Assembly (NCBI GenBank): GCA_949358305.1 | Contig: OX442314.1 | Span: 6,572,001-6,636,000, forward strand | Source: Strigamia acuminata | Taxonomy: Eukaryota | Reading direction: 5' to 3' | Length of the DNA: 64,000 nt | Shown here: positions 46,701 through 56,276 of the stretch, piece after piece | Layout: each line of letters begins with the position of its first letter | How positions within the stretch are numbered: the stretch's first letter is position 1 | Notes under the pieces: generated by a model | Seen by the model: the letters and a program-made list of their open reading frames with translations, nothing else | What the model was told of the DNA's origin: nothing | Databases searched by the model: none | Translations under genes and position numbers: made by a program

Positions 46701-47889
46701 TAAATGGGGCGAGCTCCCGTAGAATCGCTTCTATTGACGGCATTTGGATGGGGTCGATGACGGTTATGGCGTTTAAAGGTCTATAATCGATGCAGAGGCG
46801 CGGTTCGGAGCCTGGTCGCATGACGAGGACAATCCTCATTCCATATTCTCCGATGGCGTGCGACACGATCCCTTTTTCGAGCAACTCGTTGCACATCGTT
46901 CTTACGATATGTCTCTTTTGGGGATTCATAGTTTTAAAAGGTACTCGCACCGGTTTTCCCGTAACCAATTCGATCTCGTGCATTACGTAACTAGTCTTTC
47001 CTGGATCTTTATTTAAGTTCTTCGAGTGCTTCTTGAGCATTTCCTCGAGGAGTTTCGTTTGTTCTTCTCCAAGATTGGCGTCCATGGCCAGATTATGTAT
47101 TAAATTCTCCTCTTGGAGGATAGTATTAAACGACTTAAAATTATAGTCTTGGATGAACTTCTTAATTTCGCCTCCTCCCCATTCCTCGTCGTCCTTAGCT
47201 TTGTCTAGGAGTTCCGGAGGTATTATGGGTAGTCGTGGGTCCTCGTGGTTGTCGATGTAATTCCACGAACGTGTGACTGGGTTGGGCTGGATGTTCATCC
47301 GTTCCATCAAATCCATTCCTATCAGCAGGATTGTGTCTCGGGTTGGTAACACGATGAAGAAATGCTTAATCGTGCCTCCTTCCCATACAAAATCGGTTGA
47401 TAACGTCCCCACTGCTCTAACTTCTCCCGCTGCTGTAAGAACTCGAATATTCTCGTTCATTCCCCGTAATTTTTTCTGTATTTTTTCTTCGAGTGATTCG
47501 AATAAGTCGGTGGAGATAAACGACTGATCCGCTCCCGAGTCGAGTAGTCCCATTAACACCTTTTTGCCGAAAGAGACTGGTATTTTAGCCAGTACGCTCT
47601 TCGCTTCTGTTGATAGGTTGCAACGAAGTATTCGCTTTTTAAGAGGATTGGCCCCTTGGTCAAGCGGCAAAGTCATGAAAGCGTTGGCTATACCGTCTTC
47701 GTCTCTAATTTCGAATTTCCGTTTTTTGGTTGGAGTTGTGACTTCCTCGTTGGCAGCTTCCTCGAAGAATTCCAACAATTTTTTCATTTCTTTAATTTGT
47801 TTTTCCACCAGTGTAAGGTCCATCGTTTTCGAAGTTATCGCGAGCGGATGTGGAATCACTTTTGTTCCGCCCGCGAGTTCCAGTTTTTT
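43777..47889 (-). CDS. pol: E3 Pol (PR-RT-RH-IN), -1 frameshift
   Basis: LLDSGA, YLDD, TDAS, HGHPLAGH...CPRC, DLMGP/SDNG/VER and GPY motifs. Confidence 0.97.
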   Translation of the reverse strand, partial: KKLELAGGTKVIPHPLAITSKTMDLTLVEKQIKEMKKLLEFFEEAANEEVTTPTKKRKFEIRDEDGIANAFMTLPLDQGANPLKKRILRCNLSTEAKSVLAKIPVSFGKKVLMGLLDSGADQSFISTDLFESLEEKIQKKLRGMNENIRVLTAAGEVRAVGTLSTDFVWEGGTIKHFFIVLPTRDTILLIGMDLMERMNIQPNPVTRSWNYIDNHEDPRLPIIPPELLDKAKDDEEWGGGEIKKFIQDYNFKSFNTILQEENLIHNLAMDANLGEEQTKLLEEMLKKHSKNLNKDPGKTSYVMHEIELVTGKPVRVPFKTMNPQKRHIVRTMCNELLEKGIVSHAIGEYGMRIVLVMRPGSEPRLCIDYRPLNAITVIDPIQMPSIEAILRELAPFNWVTTMDLSKGYWQVELREEDKEKTAFWAPQGRLMFNVMPFGLVNAPATFQKLIEKVLGDALHKYAWAYLDDIVIVSQTFEDHLIHVNDVMERLTKAGLNIHPGKSKFCRKELAFLGYTVGTGGLSIDPKKTQAISQFPAPEDVKGVQRFMGMVNFFNRLLPNLADVAAPITDLLRNDKDFEWTDHCETSFNKIKQMLIDVKRIPLPDLNREFTLHTDASRIGLGAALLQKHDIDGVVLEVPTMFISRKLQAAEKNYNATELECLAVVWAIRKFRPYLEFTKFNVQTDHEALKWLMALKEPSGRMARWQLELMACDLIIEYRPGKFNVVADALSRAPASDPEDETDCGEDDSRLFYCPNPVQKWEFKKLNELPKEKLESGDQNYYSYWLRAYQSVKDAHPNYELTIEPRISDKYVRAFVAHVSKGTNSKPPTRDELIAAQMADDFCKTYRDFITDKIFPDENFDEIQREEFEREASTYLIEDGLLLKHHPNFRDDLTETGTSMKVVIPRSLLTRFLWMVHGHPLAGHSGVARTIYRANQLYFWPKMTRDIVRFIHHCPRCQACKPRTPKNYERISLGPFAPFDCWSVDLMGPKPTSSNKNKYILVIMDVATGWPELFPMERPTKQKIIRCLYEVALHFGFPRKLISDNGPQFASNLYKDFCKKFDIETSYTSTYNPRANPVERLNRDIKYALAIFTDVHSSWDEYLREIAFSIRTTISRNRKFSPAFLNFARELRVPWDPRIPEEILEIDPEKPHIYVDRLEQIISATYQHMMSHIFDMRDRISIAGKDRPFCNFKVNDLVWKDTHIQSSADKGIHAGLADKRDGPYVILEAHGGNAFKLKRLADNVNFRSIHARELTPYLPEFPQEAWTEYQTKPAKNPIIRDMFLDEQTGPTNLVQDELLEVADAPDEISGREEIVAESPKKGKQSNKKKTTGIPKPDKIYGMRRHKPNPFIKDGKLVGKQKATPAIVSNNR

Positions 47890-50702
47890 GTCATACTGTC
47901 GAATTTGGCGGTGAGTTCCTTCAAGATTTTTTCTTGTTCCTTCGCGAGCAATTTCACTAGCTCCTCACGCTCTGCGGCCTTGTCGTCGGCTTTTTTCTTT
48001 GCCAGTTTTGGGCAGGCCTGACGCCAGTGGCCGTCTTCGTTACAGAAATTACAAGGGCTTTTCTTCTTTCCCTCCCGCTCAAAAGGTTTTTTGGGGTAGT
48101 CCTTCTTCTCGGAAGTCGCCTCTGTTTTCGGGTTGTGGTGTTCCGATTTTCTGGACTTCATCTGAGGTCGGTAGCTGGGCGCCAGTTCCTTCCCCATGTT
48201 TGCGTGTACCACATCGTTGATACCTTCGTCAGCCTCATCGCTTTCCGAGAATTGCTCAGAGTCTTCGCTTACTTCGTCTTCCGACTTTTCCTCGGCGGCG
48301 TTAGTTTGCGTGCGATAGGCCTTATTCGGAGGTGGTAAAGGGTTAGAAGCTTGTTGGTTTTTCTTTGAGGGGAGTGGCTCTATACTTCCGTTTAGATAAT
48401 TTCGCGATTGGAGCAGCTTAGTGGAGTCTATGCTGCGCTCCTGTATTCGTTGCTGTCGGGCCACTCCTAGAGCTCGCTCTTCTTTTGTCAGATTTTCGTT
48501 ATACCGAGCATTTACTTCGGTGTGTTTCTTCTCGACGAAAGCTAGGATGGCTTTGAAATTATCCCCTTTAGGAGCGTTCATTTCTCGTAGGACTTTGGTT
48601 GCGGTTTCGTTTAGTCCTTGTTCGAAGAGAGCTTTCTGAGCGTGTTGGTCAAATGGTTTGTCCATTTCACGGAACAGGCTGTCGGCTCGTTGTACGTATT
48701 CCCTCAGAGTTTCCCCGGGAGCTTGCTTCATAGAGCTTACTCTTTTCTGGATTTCTTGGCTCGTCTCGCCATATTGATTGTGGAACTTTATGACGAAATC
48801 TTCCCAGTTTCGGGGTTGGACATCAGCGTACCAGTTTCGGGCCCGGTTGATCAGCATTTCTGGTATTCCGCGTGCAACCATTTCGTCGGGTTCCGCTCCT
48901 AAGCGATTAATCGTCAGGGCGACTTCGTCCAAAAACAAGTTGCCGGCGTTCCAGGATCCGTCGAACTTAATTAGTCTCAGGGTCGTCCACTTGATGTTGT
49001 TATCCTTGCGAGAATACAGCCATCGGTCTGCGGAGTAACGTTTCAACAATCCTTCGCTTCGATCGTCCTCCTCGGTCTCTTGGCCACGGCTTTGTTGAAG
49101 TTTTTGGTCCATGGCCTGAAGGAGTTCGTCTTTCATCGTCCGTAGTTGGTTGCTTAGCGAGTCAGTCTCACTAAGCAGCGGTGATGATCGTGGATTGTCG
49201 GAAGGGAGGCTTGGGTAATGCGTACCGTTGCCCGTCAGTCCGAACTGATTGTGTTGGAACGACGTTTTCCCTGATGATCCCGCGGTGTTCGGGTTATTCG
49301 TGAGGTCTTGCGCTATGGTTGAGTTATCTGGGTTCGCTTTCTCTGGAGCGGAGGTTTGGCTCAACTTTGTTCCGGGCGGTATCAGATCGTCCAGTCGGGT
49401 CCCCGTGAGGCCTTCGTTCGTTTTTTTGATAAAAACGTAGGAATCTCTCCCAGCATACGCTTCGGCGGCGTGTTTCTTTTCGAGGTGATTTTTAACTGCG
49501 TTAATCTCCTCGAGCGTCGGCATGGCCAGTTTATTTTGACCTACTTCGTTGCGTATTTGATTCTTCTGATTTATACATCTGATTAGCTCTGCGTTAGGGT
49601 CGCCTGGGTTGTTATTACTGGTTTGGCCAGTTTTCATTGCGAATGAGTTTTTTACTGCCCATGATTGTGCGCCCTGATTATTCCTCCTATCCTGTATAAA
49701 CGCCTCGTACAGTTCTCCTTTGACTTCGTCCGATTCGTTCAAGATGCTATCTAGTCCGTTGACTCGGATACTGCCGTGAGATGCTTGAGAGTCGATACTT
49801 TCGCTGTCTGACGTTGCTTCGCCGCCTGTCTCGGACTGTTGTCGATCTGCTCCGACCCGACGTCGTTTCTCTCCGCGTCTGGCCGTGTTATCTGCCGATC
49901 GTTTTTCAGTCCTCTGATTTACTAGGTCGATTACTCGGCTTAGCTCTGCGTAGGGATCCTTGTCCTGGTCGATCTCGATGCCGTGTGCGCAAGCTACCCG
50001 AGTTACTTCTATTGCTTTGGCTACCAGCTCCTTAGCTGTGTGAGACCGTTCTGGGGAGCTCTGTACGGAGTTTGGCTCCGAATGCTGGCTTAACCCGTTG
50101 CTTGGCGGCCGGATCTGGCAGTCCTTTGCCATTTCTCGTTCGATTATTTTCTGCTTCGCGAGCAATTCTCGAGCCAGCTCGCGCTCCAGTGCCATTTGTT
50201 TAGCTTGGTGTTCTTGTGCCAAGCTCTGTTCCATGGCAGCTAATTTCTCGCGATGCTCTCTGGCTAAATCTTCCATCAATTCGTTTTTCTTCTTCTCTAA
50301 CGCGACTGTTCTTGCTTGGTCTGCGCGGGCAGCCTCGTTGATAATTGCGGCACTTGTGTTTGCCGCTTTATTTAGAAGAGTCATTAGATCCATTTCACTG
50401 GGATCCTTTTCGACTGGTCTTGGGCTTTTCAATCCGAATCGAGGGTTTTCGAACGATTTATTTAGTCCGTTTTCTTCGTGAGAGCTTCCTGATCCTTCGA
50501 ATTCGCCTCCCGTAAACGGAAGTTGTCTTGCAAGGGGAAGGCTTTCACTTGATGATTCCGTTGAAACTTTAGTCGAGTTAGTCTCGACTTCTGGTTCCAC
50601 GTGGTTCGCTTCTTCCGCTTTTTGGCGTTCGATTTCTTCGGCTTCTTTTCTATCCTTTTCGTCGTTACGCCTTTTTCTATCTTCTGCGGTAGTTTTTGTC
50701 AT
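47856..50702 (-). CDS. gag: E3 Gag (948 aa)
   Basis: CCHC knuckle CNFCNEDGHWRQAC; RARNWY...W capsid-like region homologous to E2 Gag. Confidence 0.95.
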   Translation of the reverse strand: MTKTTAEDRKRRNDEKDRKEAEEIERQKAEEANHVEPEVETNSTKVSTESSSESLPLARQLPFTGGEFEGSGSSHEENGLNKSFENPRFGLKSPRPVEKDPSEMDLMTLLNKAANTSAAIINEAARADQARTVALEKKKNELMEDLAREHREKLAAMEQSLAQEHQAKQMALERELARELLAKQKIIEREMAKDCQIRPPSNGLSQHSEPNSVQSSPERSHTAKELVAKAIEVTRVACAHGIEIDQDKDPYAELSRVIDLVNQRTEKRSADNTARRGEKRRRVGADRQQSETGGEATSDSESIDSQASHGSIRVNGLDSILNESDEVKGELYEAFIQDRRNNQGAQSWAVKNSFAMKTGQTSNNNPGDPNAELIRCINQKNQIRNEVGQNKLAMPTLEEINAVKNHLEKKHAAEAYAGRDSYVFIKKTNEGLTGTRLDDLIPPGTKLSQTSAPEKANPDNSTIAQDLTNNPNTAGSSGKTSFQHNQFGLTGNGTHYPSLPSDNPRSSPLLSETDSLSNQLRTMKDELLQAMDQKLQQSRGQETEEDDRSEGLLKRYSADRWLYSRKDNNIKWTTLRLIKFDGSWNAGNLFLDEVALTINRLGAEPDEMVARGIPEMLINRARNWYADVQPRNWEDFVIKFHNQYGETSQEIQKRVSSMKQAPGETLREYVQRADSLFREMDKPFDQHAQKALFEQGLNETATKVLREMNAPKGDNFKAILAFVEKKHTEVNARYNENLTKEERALGVARQQRIQERSIDSTKLLQSRNYLNGSIEPLPSKKNQQASNPLPPPNKAYRTQTNAAEEKSEDEVSEDSEQFSESDEADEGINDVVHANMGKELAPSYRPQMKSRKSEHHNPKTEATSEKKDYPKKPFEREGKKKSPCNFCNEDGHWRQACPKLAKKKADDKAAEREELVKLLAKEQEKILKELTAKFDSMTKNWNSRAEQK

Positions 50703-50774
50703 TTCTTACGATATAATGATCGATCGAAAGATCCCGGTTATTATTTAAAGTATTGTCTTAAGGTTAGCAAATCT

Positions 50775-50792
50775 ATCCCGGACAGACCCCCA
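50775..50792 (-). promoter_or_regulatory. E3 primer-binding site, tRNA-Pro-like
   Basis: TGGGGGTCTGTCCGGGAT, 3 differences from the canonical tRNA-Pro PBS, two of them G:U compatible. Confidence 0.82.
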
Positions 50793-50794
50793 CG

Positions 50795-51425
50795 TGTCGT
50801 GATTCGACTTTGTGGTTAAAGATAATAAATAATACACTCGGGAATACAATATATTTCAAATACTGCTTTATTAAAACACGCTTACTAATACAAATATAAG
50901 TCAAGATGTTTCCTGTGTTGGTCCTCGGATTCGGCTGCGAATACGAGTTGCCGCTAAACAATGGCGGATCCAATTGTTTAGTCCTACGCGTGGTCTATGT
51001 TTGTTGTCTAGGGTATTTCCACGTGTTATTATGAACACGCGAGAATTCGCTTTCTCGTGCGAATTAAACGAATATCGTTCGAATATTTATTCTAGCGTAG
51101 ATTGGCTACGCTAAATAAATGTGGCTGTTGTACAGTTGAAATGGTCAGCGGGCACCGGTCCTCGATCAATCCGTGAAACGGCCTGAAAGGTGAGGTAAAT
51201 GGTGCTCTTGCTGAAATGTGGTAACTGTAGTGTCGTTTCCGGTCAAGCATTGGCTATATATATTAACCGGAAATGACGTCATATGCAAATCCTTCTGATT
51301 ATGCAGGTTCGCAGAAACACGCGACTAGTCAGTCTAGTCGGTATTTCTAGCGCGCTCTAGTGGCGAGTATTAGTAACACAATAATCACCGCTAATTACTT
51401 CTTCAGGTGATGCTGAATCACCACA
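50795..51425 (-). repeat. E3 5' LTR
   Basis: Direct repeat of 39664-40294. Confidence 0.97.
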
Positions 51426-51750
51426 CACTGCAAAGTGGCGGCCCTAGTGTGAATTATTAGCAACGATTAACACAAAATTTGGAATTAAAAACAAATAAAA
51501 TACAGCAAAAATCAGATTTCGGATCTATATTTATAGATCCATATTAGTGGATCTATAAATCAGTATATGAGTGGATCCATAAATCAACACTCATAAAAAC
51601 CCAAAAATTAGAGATCTATAAATCCACAGATCTATAAAATCTGGATCTATAAATCTGGATCTATAAAATCTGGATCTATAAATCTGGATCTATAAAAACA
51701 GCCACTGATCTATACAGTCTCCTTAACTACTGAAACATCTGTAACTCTAC

Positions 51751-52057
51751 CTGCACTTAACACCTCGAAATTCATTGTTATGCCAGCAAGTACTTTTACA
51801 CTTGAGACAAGCTCTTTTGTTCTCTTCACATGGATTGCGCTTTGTATTTCTTCGTACGATCTATTTCGTAAAAGAAATCTTAGTATGAGGATTTATATAA
51901 TTTATTTCATTTTCTACCTGAAAGTCTCGAAGTACTACTTCGTTGAAATACCCATAGTTTACGGTCATTGGTGTCAAAATGTTAACTTCCTCTTCCTGAT
52001 TATTTATGATTAGCTGCGTGTTATTATAACCCAAAATATTTATATTAATAATCAATA
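51751..52057 (-). pseudogene. Internal exon of the DEG/ENaC gene (domain 2 ectodomain) with an in-frame TAG at 51861-51863
   Basis: Reads ...HTKISFTK*IVRRNTKRNPCEENKRACLKCKSTCWHNNEFRGVKC-AG|gtagag. The phase-2 donor joins 17500 to give CRLPYM. The 5' boundary is less certain. Confidence 0.75.
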
Positions 52058-52658
52058 CTGTATGTGCAAAAAAAATATTTTTTATATTTTTCTATTCACA
52101 GTTAGGAACACATGCGTGTCCGAACCAAACACGAACCATTTTTATAACTTTTTTGGAATATTCTAAGAATTTTTTTGCTTCTTTGTGCTTGAATAAATAG
52201 ACTTTCTCGTTATTTTATTTAACAATGCTGCTTAAAAAGACACCGAGACTGTCAATTTAACACATTCCATTTTGTTTCCAAATTTCAGGCTATTTCGACT
52301 GAAAATATTTTTGTACACACCTTTAGCTGCGGATCACAAGCTTCTGAAGGAGTTAGATATCTACTAAAATCAATCATAAGCAAAGTGGTTTTGGTGCTTG
52401 TTTTATCTGTAAGACAGCGAAAAGGTCAGAATTAATTTTCCGACTCGTCTGCAAGAAAGCAAGTTTTAAAGTTAAATAAATCTGGAAAAAAAAGAAAACT
52501 TGATAAATCTCAAAATTGAAAAGCGAGACGTTTTCTATACAGCCATTAATTAACTAAAATCACAAATTAATGTTGTATATTACCATTCCTTATTTGTGAA
52601 CAATTACCAAATGGAAGTGAAATAAGATTAGTTGATGATTTCTGTAAACATAAAACTT

Positions 52659-53502
52659 TTATTGTTTGGTTTTTGTTTGAGGAATTTGACTTATTATAGT
52701 TACATCATTTCCAGTCCCAAAATAGCTAGCAGTTAACGTTCGGTGGATACTAAGCGATTTCCAGATGTTTTGCAATGACAATCTGCTGTTGAACAATTGC
52801 CAGGGTGATATGTTGTCACAAGTTTTATTGGATTGTTTAAGTAAGTGTAATCGAGCTTTGCGCATTTCTTCATTTTCTTTTTCACCACAAAGTGTGACAG
52901 AAGGAAATTCGGTGTAGCGTCGTTGACTTATTCGAACGATTCTTGTGCCCGGTTCATCAAGGTAGTAATTGACACGAATGTGCAGGCAATACAAAGTAAA
53001 TCCTGCAACAACTAATGCGAATATTAGCTTCAACTTTTCAAAGACTCTATGTATTTTGGTTTGCTTCTCAGTTTCATCGACTTTTTTTTTCCACATTTCA
53101 TACAGACGCCTAATCTTATTGACTGATCTTTTTCGGCGAATGTTTGATGCAACATAATAAAAATACCAAATGATGTCAGGTAATGAGATTACAGAAAGTC
53201 CAAGAAACAGGCCCAGATTGCCTCCTAAATCTGATAGTAAGGTAATAACGTCATATGAGTACCGTTCTTCATAAACAGTGACTTTCTCATTAGTTATTGC
53301 TAATGATACAGTCATCGTTTTTGGATTCTTTGCTATGCCTAAATCAGAAGATGGTATAAAAGTTATATGTTGACAAGGAAGTTGACATCCGCAATGAGCA
53401 ATTGGTTCGTGAAAGCTAACCAAGTGCAAAACATTATAATACATCTGAATTGTATCATTTGCTAATTTGCAAAGTGGCAAATCTAACTTCATGAACGGAA
53501 AT
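52659..53502 (-). pseudogene. Exon of the DEG/ENaC gene encoding the end of channel domain 1, a linker and the start of domain 2
   Basis: (R)FPFM...LPLC...CGCQLPC...YDVITLLSDLGGNLGLFLGLSVISL (TM2), then IFALVVAGFTLYCLHIRVNYY (TM1) and EFPSVTLC. The 3' donor was not located. Confidence 0.88.
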
Positions 53503-53529
53503 CTTGTATAGAATATATTTAATTAGCTG

Positions 53530-55285
53530 TATGACGGTTTATAAGTGCTATTTATTAATAACACGGCCAAATTTTAAGTGTTTTTTGCGAAACCCGCATT
53601 TGTCAATGCTCCGAGTCGCCACTAGATGGCGCGATTATAATTCAGCGGTAAATTCGAATTGCGAGTTAAGAAAACTGGTAAATAAATATAAGAATATATT
53701 TATTTGTATGAAACGACACTTTATTAGGATTAATATAAATATATATTAATAATTATTGTTCACACTAAGTGATGGGAATCTCTAGTTCAGCAGAAATGGA
53801 GATTTGATAATCCATCGATCAACCGATCGATGTGATTGGTGGATCCATTTCCGGTCCTGGGTATCCAGTTCCGGTTGTGGTGTGAATTAGCATATTGCTC
53901 CTCCGTATCCACTTCCGGCGATACGGGATTGGAGGGATTCGTGGAACCCATGTTCCAATTGGTTGATTGGATTAATCTCTAATCCAGTCAGGTTATATAA
54001 ACCCAAACAACCGGCCATCCGGCAGCTCTGTTTGATTATTTTCTGTTTGGTATTGTTACTTAAGAAATATGATTCGTTGTTCACGTAAAAAAACCTTTTG
54101 GTTCTTTGTTGATTTATTCACAAAGAACCGTTGCATGATTCTACAGAATCATGCCACCGCCGGCAATTGAAGTCGAAGTGCTGGGATCATTATGTTGCAT
54201 AAATGTTACAGTTTACGGTTGCGACGCCGAAGGAGAACCCGCCGTTGTGCAATTCAGTATCCTCCGGACAGGACCATGTGGTCTTTCTCGGTATGAACGT
54301 ATTCCGTTACCGCAAGTAGCATCGTTGCTGTTGAGAATTAGTTCCTTCACCGGATGGTGCCAAAGCAGTCTGTTTTACAGTAACCACGAGTAGCACCAAG
54401 TGTTTGGCAAGCTGATTCTCATGGTATTCGATGCCAAAGTAGTCGGTCTATTATTAGTACCGCGAGAGATTATACTGCTGTGCGGAGCCGCGAGCTATCG
54501 ACTCCTGTGTACGTGATACCGTCAATCGCCAGACGAACGACCGTGTCGCGACGCAGGGGACGCTTGATACCGTTCTGCATTGCAAGGCGTATATTTTCTT
54601 TCGACGGCAATTGTGTGTTGCGACGGGAAGCCTAATCTTCATTTTATTTATAACAGCTAAATATTAACTTGGCGACAAGTTGATTAACCAAGTCAGAAGA
54701 CTTAATTACGATCACGATTACATCAAAGACGCAAATGTAACCGATAAGTTGACGACAACTTATCCACAAAATATCTAAATAAGAATTCACAACGATATGA
54801 ATTAAATATAATTCATAAGCGGAATATTGATAAGTAAATGAATACATTTACTTACACCAATATCCTCCCAAAGTTGTGGCGGTGCAGACAAAGTCAACCG
54901 CAATGCTCAGATCATTCGATTTATCGACGTGCGATAATTTACACAGCGAACCAAGGAAACCAGCGAAGCCATATCGGACTCCAGGACACAGCCATCCGGC
55001 TTAGATGACATCTGTAAACCAGGTCGAGCGATGGGGAAACCGCTCCCTTATCCCAGACCCGTAGTGATATTATTCTAGGGCCAGTTGGCTAATTCTTTGT
55101 ATAGTTTAATAGCTGATTTAACTTGCCAAATGTTGGCATTAGTCTTATGTATAATTTAGCTCACTGCATATTGTTTGCCAACAATAAACTGTCTTGTATT
55201 TATCTCGTATTGTATTCACTGTTTATTTATTGCGATCTCTTCCCGGTACCATTGTTAAATGGGAGTTGTGGTCGTCACCGTCACA
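53530..55285 (+). repeat. E4 5' LTR (~1756 bp)
   Basis: Ends ccgtcaca; repeated from 62847. TATA at 53994 and AATAAA at 55183. Confidence 0.94.
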
Positions 55286-55287
55286 CG

Positions 55288-55305
55288 TGGAGGTCCCACC
55301 GAGAT
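55288..55305 (+). promoter_or_regulatory. E4 primer-binding site, tRNA-Gln
   Basis: TGGAGGTCCCACCGAGAT, complementary to the tRNA-Gln 3' end ...ATCTCGGTGGGACCTCCA. Confidence 0.9.
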
Positions 55306-56276
55306 TAGGTTGCAATTAAATTCGATTGAATTACAACAGTGAATATTGGAGATAAATTTTTTAACTAAAAAGATTGGTTAAAGAACAGACAATTAGATTT
55401 TCAGTTTATATCTCCGTACGAAGAAAAGTAAACTGATGAAATAGAATTACGTAGTGGATTTTCCTTCATTATTTTCGCTCGAAAATTTAAGAGATCTCGA
55501 AGACTACCAACTAATCTCACATGTGAAAGTTCCACTGAAGATTAGAATTTGCAATTAACTCGATAGAATTAAAAAAGTGAATTTTCTCGAGGAAAATGAA
55601 TAATTCAAATTCTACACGAAAGAATTGCAACAAATTACTGTTAAGATCTATCACATGATGTTGAGATAAGTTTTAATCGAAGTTGTTCAAAAAATTCGGA
55701 GAATTGGAAATAACAAGAATTCGTAGAAGAAGTATATTTAGATATTTGCTTTATTCTTAAAAAGATAAAAGTAAAAAGACAAGTCTAAACATGTTTTACG
55801 AATCGCAAGAAAAAGAAAAATCTTGCAGAAAAATGGAATTTCGAAGTAAAGTCCAGTCTTTAAGAAAAGTTACAATAATTAGAAACAATTTACAAGAGTT
55901 GAAATGAATTTATTTTATTTCATACAAAATTTGGGAAAATATTTACGAAATATCTCTCGAAAGAATTTTATGTTATCGGTAAATTCTAAGATTTCGAAAA
56001 GGAACGGACTTAGAAGAGAACTGTTAAACGAACATACTACGTCTGACATTTTGTGGTTGATATTGAATCAGCCAATCAGGAGCTAGGAGATCTAGGGATC
56101 CCCAGCCCCCTACTATTAAAGAAGGATCAGATCAGTTATTGATCATTCGCTTCCAGACCAGACTTACGAGACGTGCTACAGTAACTATTCTGACCGCACC
56201 AACCGATTCTAGTTACGATTCGAAGTTTTCCCATCGCTAATTATTTTAAAGACAGATTCAATTATATTTTTATAAA

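Larger units (their letters stand above)
39664..51425 (-). mobile_element. Ty3/Gypsy LTR retrotransposon E3 (11.76 kb; gag, pol, spliced ORF3)
   Basis: 631-bp LTRs at offset 11131. TSD CACT at 39660-39663 and 51426-51429. The empty site is visible in the left arm of the host element (31255-31280). gag and pol are uninterrupted. Confidence 0.98.
30962..51731. mobile_element. Non-autonomous Polinton/Maverick-like element with ~2.7-kb inverted arms (contains E3)
   Basis: Termini AGTAGTTAAGGA...TCCTTAACTACT; 6-bp TSD GAAACA at 30956-30961 and 51732-51737. Left arm 30962-33675 is the reverse complement of the right arm (35252-39663 plus 51430-51731). No polB, integrase or capsid ORFs. Confidence 0.8.
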
